A stretch of 64,000 nt of DNA from Caldisericota bacterium. GTDB taxonomy: Bacteria > Caldisericota > Caldisericia > UBA6126 > JAGPKI01. The notes under the pieces were generated by a model. The model searched no databases. It saw nothing but the letters and a program-made list of their open reading frames with translations, and was not told where the DNA came from. Shown here in pieces: positions 28,264 through 38,989 of this stretch; the first letter of the stretch is position 1; each line of letters opens with the position of its first letter. The position numbers and the translations under genes were made by a program. Location: NCBI GenBank assembly GCA_052034135.1, contig JBPOJC010000005.1, positions 76 to 64,075 on the forward strand. The letters run 5' to 3'.

Positions 28264-30102
28264 TTACACTAATTCTTTTCTAAAAGTTACATTTTTTAAT
28301 AATGACCTTATAAATTCAGCTCCAAACATTAAATATATTGAAATACTGTAAGGTCTGTCATTTAAGTAAAACAACCCATTTGCAACGCTAAGAAGCCTTT
28401 GTTTGTAGAAATTAACAAATAACTCCAATTCAAATCTCAATATTTGCACTCTTTGCCTCTCCTCAGCAGAAGCATTACTCTTTTTTATACTTAATGTAGC
28501 GGTTCTTTCATCTAATTCAACTAAAAGTTTTTTTGCAAGATTTAATAATTTTGTATCTATAAACTTATTCTTTTCTAAGATAAACTTTGCAGCTTTTACC
28601 TCTTGTCCTTCTTTAAATTCATTAAGTTCTTCCAAAAATTTAAAAATTTCAGTTGCAGTAGCTCTCCACTTTAAAGAGAACTCATTACAATCTATAATAT
28701 TCCCAAAAAAAGGTCTTAATATTTCAGGAAGAACAATTTTTAAATTTCCATTAAGGCTTAAGTTGTCGAGAAAGTTTAAGCCTATTCTTATTGTTCTGCA
28801 TATTGGTATATCAATTTTCGATTTACGGAGATTTCTTATTAATGCATCAGCTGCTGGTAAATATTTTGAACCTTGCTCGGGTAATCCAATTGCATTAGGA
28901 TATAGACGCAATTCATTAATGAAGGGAACTGCTTTACCAATTATAAATCCATTTATGTTTTCATCTAATTGTTTATAACTCTCACCTGATATTTTGTAGA
29001 ATAAGATTTTATTATTTTTATCCAAAAACAATTGCACTCTCTCTATTTTATTGTTGGCATCTAAAATATTTAAATAAAATGGTATGTTGTATAAATCATT
29101 TATTAATCTAATTCTCTGAATGTCAATTTTTGCTTCATTAAGTGATTGATTATATGCCTCTATAAATGTAGAAGTTTCTTTCATAAGGATATTAAAGAAA
29201 AAATTATCTAATCCAAAATCCTTTGGAGAAGAAAATATTGTACTTGATTTTGATAGATTAAAATTAAATCTCTCTCCTAAATCTTTAGTTATAAATTTGA
29301 AAGCAAGAGTCTCAAGGTCTGTTATAGTTGTTAAAGGATTGATATTGCTTTTTATGTAATTTATTAAATGATTACTTCTACTTATTATTTCTTCTTTACT
29401 TTCTGGTAGATAAGCCTGTTCTAATAACCCTTTAAGTAAATAATCAAAATATAATGATTTTAAAACATCTTTTATGTTTGCATCACCAAGCTGGATAGAA
29501 GAGAAAAGATAGTTCTGCTCTTTTTTTGGAGCTATGCCAAATTTTCCAAAAGACTTAGTTAATAAGTAAAAAAGCTCTTGTTCATTATGATCATTAAAAA
29601 ATAATTTAAGATCATTACTTATATCATATGCACAATTATCTCCATATTCATTACTAATGCCTGATTGATTTGAAAAACTAGCAGCCGAAAGTTTTTTCAG
29701 AAAGTCTTTATCAAGTTTTTCTGCATAATCCGTATATTTTTTTGAAATTGTCCTAACATTTATTCCATAATCCTTTAGTTGTGCTAATTCGAGAGCAGGA
29801 AGATAAAATATACCATAAGAAGTATCAATATTTGTGTATGTTGCTTCTCCAAATGAATTTGAGTAATCCTCAGTTATAATATAATTATTGTCTTCTAAAT
29901 TAGTGTAATAAAAAAGGTTTTGGTCAGGAGTGCCAATTTTTTCATCATGAATAAATGGGGTAAATGATATTTGATAGTTCTTCTCTGTGAGAGCATTAAA
30001 TAATGCAACATCGGTAATAAGCGCATCCCAAAGTATGTTTTGGTCGCCCTTAAATATGATACTAATTTTTTCGTTATCTAATAATTTCATAAATAAACTC
30101 AT
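28264..30102 (-). CDS. Large hypothetical protein (612 aa), no recognised motif
   Basis: The ORF is long and uninterrupted with coding-like composition. No diagnostic motifs are found. Confidence 0.4.
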   Translation of the reverse strand: MSLFMKLLDNEKISIIFKGDQNILWDALITDVALFNALTEKNYQISFTPFIHDEKIGTPDQNLFYYTNLEDNNYIITEDYSNSFGEATYTNIDTSYGIFYLPALELAQLKDYGINVRTISKKYTDYAEKLDKDFLKKLSAASFSNQSGISNEYGDNCAYDISNDLKLFFNDHNEQELFYLLTKSFGKFGIAPKKEQNYLFSSIQLGDANIKDVLKSLYFDYLLKGLLEQAYLPESKEEIISRSNHLINYIKSNINPLTTITDLETLAFKFITKDLGERFNFNLSKSSTIFSSPKDFGLDNFFFNILMKETSTFIEAYNQSLNEAKIDIQRIRLINDLYNIPFYLNILDANNKIERVQLFLDKNNKILFYKISGESYKQLDENINGFIIGKAVPFINELRLYPNAIGLPEQGSKYLPAADALIRNLRKSKIDIPICRTIRIGLNFLDNLSLNGNLKIVLPEILRPFFGNIIDCNEFSLKWRATATEIFKFLEELNEFKEGQEVKAAKFILEKNKFIDTKLLNLAKKLLVELDERTATLSIKKSNASAEERQRVQILRFELELFVNFYKQRLLSVANGLFYLNDRPYSISIYLMFGAEFIRSLLKNVTFRKELV

Positions 30103-30268
30103 TCATTATAGCTATAAATTTCAGTTTTATAAAATAAATAAAAACAATCGAATAAATCTTATTCAGGAGATTTTTTAAACATAACAATTATTATTTATGT
30201 CTGTTTATTAATAAATTAAATTAATTTTTGTTAAGTAAAAATGATTTTAAGCTATAATATTTTAAAAG

Positions 30269-31270
30269 GTGAACTTGAAAGTGAAAACTGTTATTTGGGA
30301 ATTGTTTGATAAAGAGGATAAAAATATTAATTTTACTCCTTTCTTAGAAAGAGCTTTAAATGTTCTTGATCTGTCTATTGAAAGAGAAGAAATTCTCTTT
30401 ACCGTAGATACGACCAATTTGGAAACTGTTGTTCAAAAAAGAGAAGTAATTAATTTAATAAGAGGCTTATCAGATATATTAAATAAAAACAAAATAATCA
30501 TCCTTACTTCTCAAAGTGATGAAGTAATAAATTCTAATACTTTAGGCAGTGAATTTGAGGTTAAGTCTATCTTTGAAGACGGGTTTTGCTTAGTGGAACA
30601 TAAAAGGAAAATTGAAAAATTCAGTGATTATAAAACTCAAAAACCTTTTTTTCTCTCAAAGTTCTATTTTCCAAAAAGTATTGTGGATGCCAAATTTATA
30701 GTTCCAATTAATATGTTTGATACTTCTCCGATATTTGGCATTAAAGGTGTTGTATCATCATTTTTTTGGTTCCTGCCTACTTATACAAGAAGCGAAATCC
30801 TCATTCTTGAAAATATAATAAATCGTTCAACTGCTCTTTTAGAGGCTTTTTCTGAAATTAGCAAAAGAATTATTTTTGCAGTAAATTTGCTATTAAATGA
30901 AGTTAATATGGCTACAATTTCGGAGGATAGTGTAGCGACAGATGCTTTTACTTCAGCGCTTGTAGGGATAAAGGCTTTATCTATTCCTATAACAAAAATA
31001 GCGAATAAAAAAAAGTTAGGTACAGGAGATATAATGAGGCTGATTATTTCTGGAGAAAAGTTTAGTAAACCCGTTACATTTCTTGAAAGAAAAGAAGTTG
31101 ATAAATCTGTTACAATTAATTCAGCAAAATGTAATTTATGTATGAAATGTTTAGACTTTTGTCCCTTAGGAGCGATAATTATTGACGAGGAAAATTTATG
31201 TATAAATAATGATAAATGTAACAAATGCGCTTATTGTATCGAGATTTGCCCTTTGAAAGCAATAAATTAA
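30269..31270 (+). CDS. DUF362-like protein with a C-terminal 2x[4Fe-4S] ferredoxin domain
   Basis: The C-terminal motifs 'CNLCMKCLDFCP' and 'CNKCAYCIEICP' are present. The gene has a GTG start with an upstream AAAGG. Confidence 0.45.
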   Translation: MNLKVKTVIWELFDKEDKNINFTPFLERALNVLDLSIEREEILFTVDTTNLETVVQKREVINLIRGLSDILNKNKIIILTSQSDEVINSNTLGSEFEVKSIFEDGFCLVEHKRKIEKFSDYKTQKPFFLSKFYFPKSIVDAKFIVPINMFDTSPIFGIKGVVSSFFWFLPTYTRSEILILENIINRSTALLEAFSEISKRIIFAVNLLLNEVNMATISEDSVATDAFTSALVGIKALSIPITKIANKKKLGTGDIMRLIISGEKFSKPVTFLERKEVDKSVTINSAKCNLCMKCLDFCPLGAIIIDEENLCINNDKCNKCAYCIEICPLKAIN

Positions 31271-31365
31271 TAGTTTAACAAATTTTATAGAAATAATGCT
31301 GAATTTGCGGTTATACGGATATTTGCTTTAAATTGCGAGAATGAGATAAAAGGAGATATTTGTAA

Positions 31366-32427
31366 ATGGAAAAGATATTAGTTATAAATCCAGGCTCAAC
31401 ATCAACTAAAATAGCAATTTATAATGATAAATCTAAAGTTTTTGAAACAAACTTAGCACACGAAGCTACTGAATTAAATAAATTTGAAAGAATAGTTGAT
31501 CAATGTGATTTCAGAAAAGAGCGTATTTTAGATATCTTAGAAAAAGAAAATTACAGAATTTCTGATTTTACTGCTATTGTTGCAAGAGGAGGACTTTTAA
31601 AGCCACTTTCCGCAGGTTCCTACAGAATTGATGATAATATGGTTTCTGATTTGAAGGCTTGCAAATATGGAGAGCATGCTTCGAATCTTGGTGCAATAAT
31701 AGCTTACGATCTATCTAAAGTGTATAACATTCCAGCTTTTATTGCTGATCCAGTGTCAGTTGATGAATTTACTGAACTTGCAAGACTTACGGGATTGAAA
31801 GATATTCAAAGAGTTTCTTTAGATCATCCTTTAAATATTAGAGCAATACTTAAAAAATACTGTGAAGAAGAGAAGAAAAACTTTACAGATTTATGTGCGG
31901 TTTGTGCTCATTTAGGTGGAGGAATTTCTGTTACTGCTTTTAAAGAAGGTAAATTGATTGATGTTAGTAACCCTAATGAAGGAGGACCATTTTCAACAAC
32001 AAGGGCAGGCAGCCTGCCTTCAATTGATATTGTTGAAATGTGTTACTCAGATAATTATGATATGAATAGTTTTAAAAAGCTTCTTCTGACTCAGGCCGGA
32101 CTGGTCTCGTATTTAGGGACAAATGATTTAAAGGTTGCCATTAAAATGATGGATGAAGGAAATTCATATGCTAAAGACGTGATAGATGCTCTTTGTTATC
32201 AGGTTAGCAAAGAAATAGGAGCAATGTCTTTAGTACTAAAGAAAAGACCGGAAGTTATTATATTGACTGGAGGAATGAGTAATTCGACTTATGTTGTTGA
32301 CGCCATTAAAGAACGAGTTTCTTTTATAGCTCCTGTTAAAGTTTATTCAGGGAGCGACGAAATGGAAGCACTTGCATATGCTGCATTAAATGCAAAAAGC
32401 GGTAAAGAAGAAATCAAAGTATACTAA
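31366..32427 (+). CDS. buk: Butyrate kinase (copy 1)
   Basis: The acetate/butyrate kinase N-terminus 'ILVINPGSTSTKIAIY' and the motif 'DLKACKYGEHASNLGAIIAY' are present. The length is 353 aa. Confidence 0.8.
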   Translation: MEKILVINPGSTSTKIAIYNDKSKVFETNLAHEATELNKFERIVDQCDFRKERILDILEKENYRISDFTAIVARGGLLKPLSAGSYRIDDNMVSDLKACKYGEHASNLGAIIAYDLSKVYNIPAFIADPVSVDEFTELARLTGLKDIQRVSLDHPLNIRAILKKYCEEEKKNFTDLCAVCAHLGGGISVTAFKEGKLIDVSNPNEGGPFSTTRAGSLPSIDIVEMCYSDNYDMNSFKKLLLTQAGLVSYLGTNDLKVAIKMMDEGNSYAKDVIDALCYQVSKEIGAMSLVLKKRPEVIILTGGMSNSTYVVDAIKERVSFIAPVKVYSGSDEMEALAYAALNAKSGKEEIKVY

Positions 32428-32451
32428 ATTTATTAAGGAGGTAAATATTAA

Positions 32452-33363
32452 GTGATACAAAATTTTATAGAAGCAAAAGCAAAAGCCAAAAGTTTTCCTA
32501 AAAGAAGAGTTGCTGTGGTTGGAGCAGGGGACATAGATGTATTAGAAGCTGTTTTTGATGCTAAAAACGAGGGATTAATAGAACCAATTTTTATTGATTC
32601 TAAAGAGAAAATATTAAAGGCAAATTCAGATAAATTCGACTTAAGTGGTATAGAAATAATTGATGAGGGAGAAAAAATTCCTCAATGTCAGGCAGGCATA
32701 AAATTAGTTAAAGAAAATAGAGCAGATATTTTAATGAAAGGTTTAATACCAACGCCAATTCTCTTTAAAGAAGTTTTAAATAAAGAAACTGGTCTAAGAT
32801 TTGGTAAACTTCTTACCCATATAGGAGTCATAAAAACACCTTACTATCACAAAATGTTAATAATGACAGATGGTGGCATAGTAATTGCTCCAACGCTTGA
32901 TGATAAGATAGCAATACTTGAAAATGCATCTATTGTGGCAAAAGCTCTTGAAATAGAGAAGCCTAAAGTTGCTGCAATATCCGCAGTTGAGACAATTTCA
33001 ACAAATATGCAATCAACCGTTGATGCTGCAATACTGACAAAAATGTATGAAAGAGGACAACTTCCTGGTTTTATTGTGGATGGTCCTTTGGCTATGGACA
33101 ATGCAGTTTCTAAGGAAGCTGCTCTACATAAGGGTATAAAAAGTGAAGTTTCTGGAGATCCCGACATACTCCTTATGCCCAACATAGAATCAGGAAATAT
33201 ATTTTATAAAGCACTTGTTTATCTTGGCGGTGGCGCTGATACGGCTGGCATAGTAATAGGAGCAAAAGTTCCACTCGTTGTTCCTTCAAGGTCAGATTCT
33301 CCTCAAAACAAACTTAATTCTATAATAATGGCAAACTTGATTTCTTATTCGATTTCAAATTAA
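32452..33363 (+). CDS. ptb: Phosphate butyryltransferase
   Basis: The protein belongs to the Pta/Ptb family ('RVAVVGAGDIDVLEA', 'LLMPNIESGNIFYKAL'). Its 303-aa length is typical of Ptb. It is flanked by buk genes. Confidence 0.75.
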   Translation: MIQNFIEAKAKAKSFPKRRVAVVGAGDIDVLEAVFDAKNEGLIEPIFIDSKEKILKANSDKFDLSGIEIIDEGEKIPQCQAGIKLVKENRADILMKGLIPTPILFKEVLNKETGLRFGKLLTHIGVIKTPYYHKMLIMTDGGIVIAPTLDDKIAILENASIVAKALEIEKPKVAAISAVETISTNMQSTVDAAILTKMYERGQLPGFIVDGPLAMDNAVSKEAALHKGIKSEVSGDPDILLMPNIESGNIFYKALVYLGGGADTAGIVIGAKVPLVVPSRSDSPQNKLNSIIMANLISYSISN

Positions 33364-33380
33364 AGATAGGGGTATAAAAA

Positions 33381-34454
33381 ATGAGCGAAGAATTGGCTCT
33401 TGTCATAAATCCAGGTTCCACATCCACAAAAGTAGCTATATTTGACGAAAATAAAGAAATCTTTAAAATAAATATTTCTCATAGTGTTGAGAAACTTAAA
33501 GAATTTAAATCCATAGTGGATCAATATATTTTTCGTAAAGATGCAATAATTAAAACAGTCAATGAGAATAATGTTAATTTTGAGAGTATAAAGTGTATCG
33601 CCGCAAGAGGCGGACTTCTTAAGCCTGGACCTTCAGGTGTTTATGCTGTTAATGAAAAGATGGTTTCTGATTTGAAGGCTTGCAAATATGGGGAGCATGC
33701 TTCAAATCTTGGTGCAATAATAGCTTATGATCTATCTAAGGAGTATAACATCCCAGCCTTTATTGCTGATCCAGTCACAGTTGACGAAATGGATAAATTA
33801 GCAAAATTTACCGGGCTAAAAGGCTTAGAAAGAAGAAGCATTTTTCATGCACTAAACCAAAAATATATTGCGAGGAAATTTTCCAAGGAACATGGTAAAA
33901 AATATGAAGACCTAAATCTTATTGTAGTTCATATGGGTGGCGGTATTTCAATAGGAGTCCATAAAAATGGTAGAGTGATTGATGTGAACAATGCTCTAAA
34001 TGGAGATGGTCCTTATTCTCCGGAAAGAGCTGGCACTCTACCCACTTTGAGTTTAGCAGGACTCTGTTTTTCTAACAAATATTCAAAAATGGAAATGCTC
34101 AAGAATCTTGCTGGCAAAGGTGGTTTTGTGTCTCATCTTGGAACAAATAATGCTTTAGAAGCAGAGAAAAGAGCATTAAATGGAGACAGCAAAGCAAAAC
34201 TTATTATCGATGGCATGATTTACCAAATTTCAAAAGGTATTGGTGAGGCAAGCAGTGTACTTAAAGGTAAAGTTAATGCGATAATCTTCACAGGCGGCAT
34301 TGCAAAATCAGAATTTATTACTTCTGAAATAAAGAATTATATAGATTATATTGCACCAGTGTTTATTTATCCTGGAGAAAATGAGATGGAAGCTCTATCA
34401 GAGAATGTCTTTAGGGTATTAAAGGGAGAGATTAAACCATCAGTCTATGAATAA
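33381..34454 (+). CDS. buk: Butyrate kinase (copy 2, paralog)
   Basis: 'LALVINPGSTSTKVAIF' is present and the 'DLKACKYGEHASNLGAIIAYDLSK' block is identical to copy 1. Confidence 0.8.
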   Translation: MSEELALVINPGSTSTKVAIFDENKEIFKINISHSVEKLKEFKSIVDQYIFRKDAIIKTVNENNVNFESIKCIAARGGLLKPGPSGVYAVNEKMVSDLKACKYGEHASNLGAIIAYDLSKEYNIPAFIADPVTVDEMDKLAKFTGLKGLERRSIFHALNQKYIARKFSKEHGKKYEDLNLIVVHMGGGISIGVHKNGRVIDVNNALNGDGPYSPERAGTLPTLSLAGLCFSNKYSKMEMLKNLAGKGGFVSHLGTNNALEAEKRALNGDSKAKLIIDGMIYQISKGIGEASSVLKGKVNAIIFTGGIAKSEFITSEIKNYIDYIAPVFIYPGENEMEALSENVFRVLKGEIKPSVYE

Positions 34455-35154
34455 AAATATATTCTTATTTATTGGAAATATGGGTTCAGGAAAAAGCGAA
34501 GTTGCTATTAATTTCACTTTGAGGCTTACAAAAGAAGGGAAAAAACCTGTAAAGTTACTCGATCTTGATCTAATTAAACCTTACATCAGAATCAGGGATG
34601 TTTCCGAGAAACTTTTAAAAGCTGGAATTGATCTTATTGAGCCTTATGGTAAATTGAAAAACGCTGATATGCCTATAGTTCCAGCCAAGATGATGGATTA
34701 TATTATGGATGATAGATTTGATCTTGTGATAGATGTGGGCGGAGAGGAAAGAGGAGTCATAACTATTGCTCAATTTGCTAAACCGTTAAAAGAAAAAAAT
34801 CTTGAAGTAAATTTAACAATTAATACTTTAAGGCCATTCTCCAGATCCATTGATCAAATTATTTCTATAATTAATTCCCTCGAGCATAATTCGAAACTCA
34901 AGATCACAGGCCTTGTCAGTAATACTCATCTTAGATTTGAATCAACAATCGAAGAAGCTTATAAAGGCTACGAAATACTTTCTTCTGTGAGCAGAGAACT
35001 AAATATCCCTATAAAATTTGTTTGTATTTGGGAGAAATTATTAAACTCAAATTCAAGCAATGAAATTCTTGAGAAATTTAAAGGTCAGGATATTTTGCCA
35101 CTGAAGCTATTTTTGACTTTTCCATGGGAATTGGATTCGGATTCTTCAATTTGA
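34447..35154 (+). CDS. P-loop NTPase, hypothetical
   Basis: An N-terminal Walker A 'GNMGSGKS' is present. The start overlaps the buk2 stop. Confidence 0.4.
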   Translation: MNKNIFLFIGNMGSGKSEVAINFTLRLTKEGKKPVKLLDLDLIKPYIRIRDVSEKLLKAGIDLIEPYGKLKNADMPIVPAKMMDYIMDDRFDLVIDVGGEERGVITIAQFAKPLKEKNLEVNLTINTLRPFSRSIDQIISIINSLEHNSKLKITGLVSNTHLRFESTIEEAYKGYEILSSVSRELNIPIKFVCIWEKLLNSNSSNEILEKFKGQDILPLKLFLTFPWELDSDSSI

Positions 35155-37239
35155 AGGAATATAAAAGAGAAATTCAACTCCTTCATCTAAATTTCTTGCC
35201 AATATTTCTCCACCGTGGAGTTTTACAATTTCCTCAACAATGCTTAAACCAATTCCAAATCCTGGGATAGAACGTTGTTTGTTAGTAGAGGATGCATATG
35301 GAGAAAATATATATTTAAGAGAGCCTTCGGGAATTTGAGGACCATTATTTTTGACCGAGAAATAATATTTGTTTTCTGATTTATAATATGATATTTCGAT
35401 AACGCCATCGTTCTTTAAATAATTTATTGAATTTATTAACAGATTGTCAAATACTTCCTTTAACCTGAGGGGATCTGCATAAATTGATGAACTATCATCT
35501 TCAATTTTTAAATTTATTTTAATGTTCTTATCGTTTACTCTTACTAAATTGGCTTCTATAACTTCCTCTAATAATGTTTCAATATTAATAAGTCTTCTTT
35601 CGAGAGTGATTCCTTTGAATTCGATGCGAGATAGTTCCATCAAATTATTTAAAAGTAATACTAATTCGTTGGATTGTCGCAATATTAGTTCTGGTAAATT
35701 TTTCTTATCACTATTTAAAATTCCATCAGAGAAAACCAACTTTGTTGCTTCTGTTATTACTGTTATATAATTTCTTATATCATGAAGAATCTTTGCGAAA
35801 AATAGATCTCTTTTTTCCTTAATTTCGGCTATTTCTTTGTTTGCCTGAGAAAGATTTTCTAAAAGCATTAAATTTTTTAGTATTACATTAATATTTAAAG
35901 TTAATTCATTGATATAATCTAAAATTTCAGGATCTTCAATAAAAGATTCCTCTTTCACCCTTAAAAATGCTAAACAGAGTATTTCATCTTTGTGAAAAAG
36001 AGGAATAATTAGACCAATTTTTTCATTTTCTATAAATTCTTGTTCTTCACGTGTTATTCCGGTAAATTCTGGAAATATATTTATATAGGAGCTAAATATT
36101 GGTTTATTGTTTCTTTTGAAATATTCGATTAACATACTTTTTGGAGAAACTTGAAAACTTGAGTTTTTGATATCTGGACTAATATAAAGGTTTTTAGTTT
36201 TATCAAAGAGAAATAAGTAAAGGTAATCACAATTAGTTATGAATTTGAGGTCGTTAGTGAAAAGTTCTGCAAAAGAATTAATGCTATCACAGGTTAAATA
36301 TCTTTCAATTGAGGATTTTATTGAATTTTCTATTGAGAAATGTTTTTTAAATAAATTTTTTTCTAAAGTTTTTTTAATTTGTTCATAAATTAAAGTTGTA
36401 ATTATTACAAGCAAGGGGATAAATATGATTATATGGAATAAATTATTGTTATTTGTACTTAATTTAGCTGTATTGGTAATAGCTGGTATTAATACGCATA
36501 TTGAGAGGTATGTAATTAATACTGTAATTAAAACTGTTAGAAGAATTGATAGAATGTAGGTTGTTAGCTTTCTGGCAAGTCTTCTTGTTTTAATAAACTT
36601 AAATCTGAAAATAGCATATAGGATTAATAAAGAATTTATTAAATTGGAAAGTATGTCTATTGGATAAGCTCCTAAAACAGGGCTTAAATTTGCAAGCGTT
36701 CCAACCATAAGTATAAAAGAACCTATAATCACATACCTTAATCCAGTTTTTCTAAACAAGTCTTCTTCTTTTCTGTATGAAAGAAGAAGTGTTACGGTAG
36801 ATAGAATCATAATTGCGTAATCTAATCCGTATGCTACTAAGATTAATTTACCAGGCTCATAGATAAAAGAAGTTCCCTCAAACTTAGCTTGCGATACAAT
36901 TAAGCCTGAAAGATTTAAAATCTCTAAAAAGATGTATGCTAATATATTAAATATTTTTAATTTATTTTGCTTAAGAGCGTATTTACAGGCAAAATCATAA
37001 TAAAGCATCGGTATTAAGAGAAGTGCAGAAACCATGAATCTATTCCAGAAAAGTGGAGTAAGAATTGTAGAATTAAGGTGCATCATAAAGGAGCCAAAGC
37101 TCCAGATGATGTTTGCAAGGATATAATAACTTAAAGCTCTGTTTGTCCTATTTTTTTCAGTTCTAAAGAGAATAATAAAAATTACAGAGAAGCAAATAAA
37201 TGTAAGGAAGGGAACCATGCTTGTTATATTAGTAATCAT
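35146..37239 (-). CDS. Sensor histidine kinase with an N-terminal multi-pass membrane sensor region
   Basis: The H-box 'ILHDIRNYITVI', the N-box and the G-box 'GFGIGLSIVEEIVKLHGGEI' are present. About 8 N-terminal transmembrane helices are predicted. Confidence 0.75.
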   Translation of the reverse strand: MITNITSMVPFLTFICFSVIFIILFRTEKNRTNRALSYYILANIIWSFGSFMMHLNSTILTPLFWNRFMVSALLLIPMLYYDFACKYALKQNKLKIFNILAYIFLEILNLSGLIVSQAKFEGTSFIYEPGKLILVAYGLDYAIMILSTVTLLLSYRKEEDLFRKTGLRYVIIGSFILMVGTLANLSPVLGAYPIDILSNLINSLLILYAIFRFKFIKTRRLARKLTTYILSILLTVLITVLITYLSICVLIPAITNTAKLSTNNNNLFHIIIFIPLLVIITTLIYEQIKKTLEKNLFKKHFSIENSIKSSIERYLTCDSINSFAELFTNDLKFITNCDYLYLFLFDKTKNLYISPDIKNSSFQVSPKSMLIEYFKRNNKPIFSSYINIFPEFTGITREEQEFIENEKIGLIIPLFHKDEILCLAFLRVKEESFIEDPEILDYINELTLNINVILKNLMLLENLSQANKEIAEIKEKRDLFFAKILHDIRNYITVITEATKLVFSDGILNSDKKNLPELILRQSNELVLLLNNLMELSRIEFKGITLERRLINIETLLEEVIEANLVRVNDKNIKINLKIEDDSSSIYADPLRLKEVFDNLLINSINYLKNDGVIEISYYKSENKYYFSVKNNGPQIPEGSLKYIFSPYASSTNKQRSIPGFGIGLSIVEEIVKLHGGEILARNLDEGVEFLFYIPSN

Positions 37240-38858
37240 TTTTTATCATTTTCTCTAATAATTTCTAAAAATTTATTCATTATAGCTATAGGTGGATTCA
37301 TATGAGGTATAGATATTGGTTCGTTTTCGCTTAATTTAATTGTTTGGATAAATTTTTTGAGTTTAGAAAATGTTCCAGCAGGTACGAGAGTGAGCTTAAG
37401 AGGCTTTATGCCAATCATCTGTTCATAGTCGTTGTAGTCATGGTCTAATTCTTTTAATGCGTTGTGAACAAATTCTTCAATTTTTGATTCAGAAAGGGAA
37501 CTATCTAACATTTCAATATAAATATGAAGAAAAGCTTCACCATCTTTTTTGCTAATTTCTTTCACTGCTAACCAATCTTTAAATTGTATTTTTGTATTTA
37601 TTAGGCTTTGTAAAATTGTTCTTTCTGTTAGCCTAGTAAAGCCAGCAATATCTATTACATCTTCAGTTCTATTTTCAAATCTGATTTGCGGAAGGTTTAT
37701 TTTAACTTCATTATCACTATTTCCTAAAACTCTTATTATGTCACCAATTCTGTAGCGAACAAAGGCTCCACCGTTTAGAGATGTAATAACAATTTCATAA
37801 AGTTTATTTGGTTCGAGCTCATTTATTAAGATAGTTTTAGGTGAATAATTTGGGTTTACTAAATTTTTTTCGTGTTCTTCCCAGGGAATAAATTCAAGGA
37901 AATTTGTGTAAGGCACAAAAGTCATTCCTTTTCTGTTCCATGCCTGAAAAGCAGTTATACCTATTTCAGTACCACCGTAAATCTCTAAAGGCTTTTTACC
38001 CCAGAAATACTCAATTTTGTCAGCATATAGTGAGGAATCTATTCCTCCACAGATTATTCCTGTTAAATTCCAGATATCACGGGGCAAAATATTTCGCCTG
38101 AGTATCTTACTCTTTAGAAAAGCCTTGCTAAGAAGGAAAAATTTCTTTGGTTGGTTTAAAATAGTAGAAGGTTTTAATGTTTTAAGATAATTCGGAAAAA
38201 TACTTCCTACTTTAACAAGAACACTTGCAACTCCAAAAAAATAATCAATTCCCTTTTGAAAACCAAGCTCAAAGCCATATAAGTTTCTTTCTTCAAAAGA
38301 CAAATTTTGGGCAATTTCATAATGTGGCATATAGTCAAATTCATACTCATACTTTAATCCATATGGAATAGTACCTGTTATATATGGAAGAGGAGCCATA
38401 CCATAAAGAAATTGTTTTCCATATCCAAACTTAAATTTTCCTCTACCGTAAGCAGTAGACATTATCACTGCGCCGAGAAATGCTCTTGCATTATTAAGAA
38501 CCATTCTATATGGGTAAGGTGCCCATTTTTCATCATATTCTCCAGGTTTACCTGTGGTCATAGACCAAAAAAGTGGTTTTTCTGGTAATGCAGCTTCATC
38601 TTTTATATCCAAAATTCCTAAATAATCAGGATAAGTAGTTAAAGGAACTTTGTTTCTGAATTCTGAAACAGATTCTGGAATATAACTACCTAAAAATATT
38701 TTACCAAGTTTTGATGAATTAAGTAATTTTAATTGTTCAAGAAGAAGCACTTCCTGTAGTTTCATAAACATAGAAATATCTAAGTCAATAAATCCGCAAT
38801 ACCTATTCCATAAATCTACGAACCTATCCTGCCTTAATAACTCGGTAGCATTTAACAT
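37236..38858 (-). CDS. GH3-family (acyl-adenylate-forming, auxin-responsive-promoter-like) protein
   Basis: The GH3 N-terminal region matches ('YLGILDIKDEAALPEKPLFWSMTTGKPGE'). The length is 540 aa and the gene overlaps the histidine kinase start. Confidence 0.5.
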   Translation of the reverse strand: MLNATELLRQDRFVDLWNRYCGFIDLDISMFMKLQEVLLLEQLKLLNSSKLGKIFLGSYIPESVSEFRNKVPLTTYPDYLGILDIKDEAALPEKPLFWSMTTGKPGEYDEKWAPYPYRMVLNNARAFLGAVIMSTAYGRGKFKFGYGKQFLYGMAPLPYITGTIPYGLKYEYEFDYMPHYEIAQNLSFEERNLYGFELGFQKGIDYFFGVASVLVKVGSIFPNYLKTLKPSTILNQPKKFFLLSKAFLKSKILRRNILPRDIWNLTGIICGGIDSSLYADKIEYFWGKKPLEIYGGTEIGITAFQAWNRKGMTFVPYTNFLEFIPWEEHEKNLVNPNYSPKTILINELEPNKLYEIVITSLNGGAFVRYRIGDIIRVLGNSDNEVKINLPQIRFENRTEDVIDIAGFTRLTERTILQSLINTKIQFKDWLAVKEISKKDGEAFLHIYIEMLDSSLSESKIEEFVHNALKELDHDYNDYEQMIGIKPLKLTLVPAGTFSKLKKFIQTIKLSENEPISIPHMNPPIAIMNKFLEIIRENDKK

Positions 38859-38989
38859 ATATGATAACCATTATAATAATTTTTTAACATTATGACCATT
38901 ATAATAATTTTTGACTTATGAGAAAGTTTATGATTTGTATCGAGCAAAATCTTAAATATGATATACTTCTGTGGATTAAACTATGGGAG

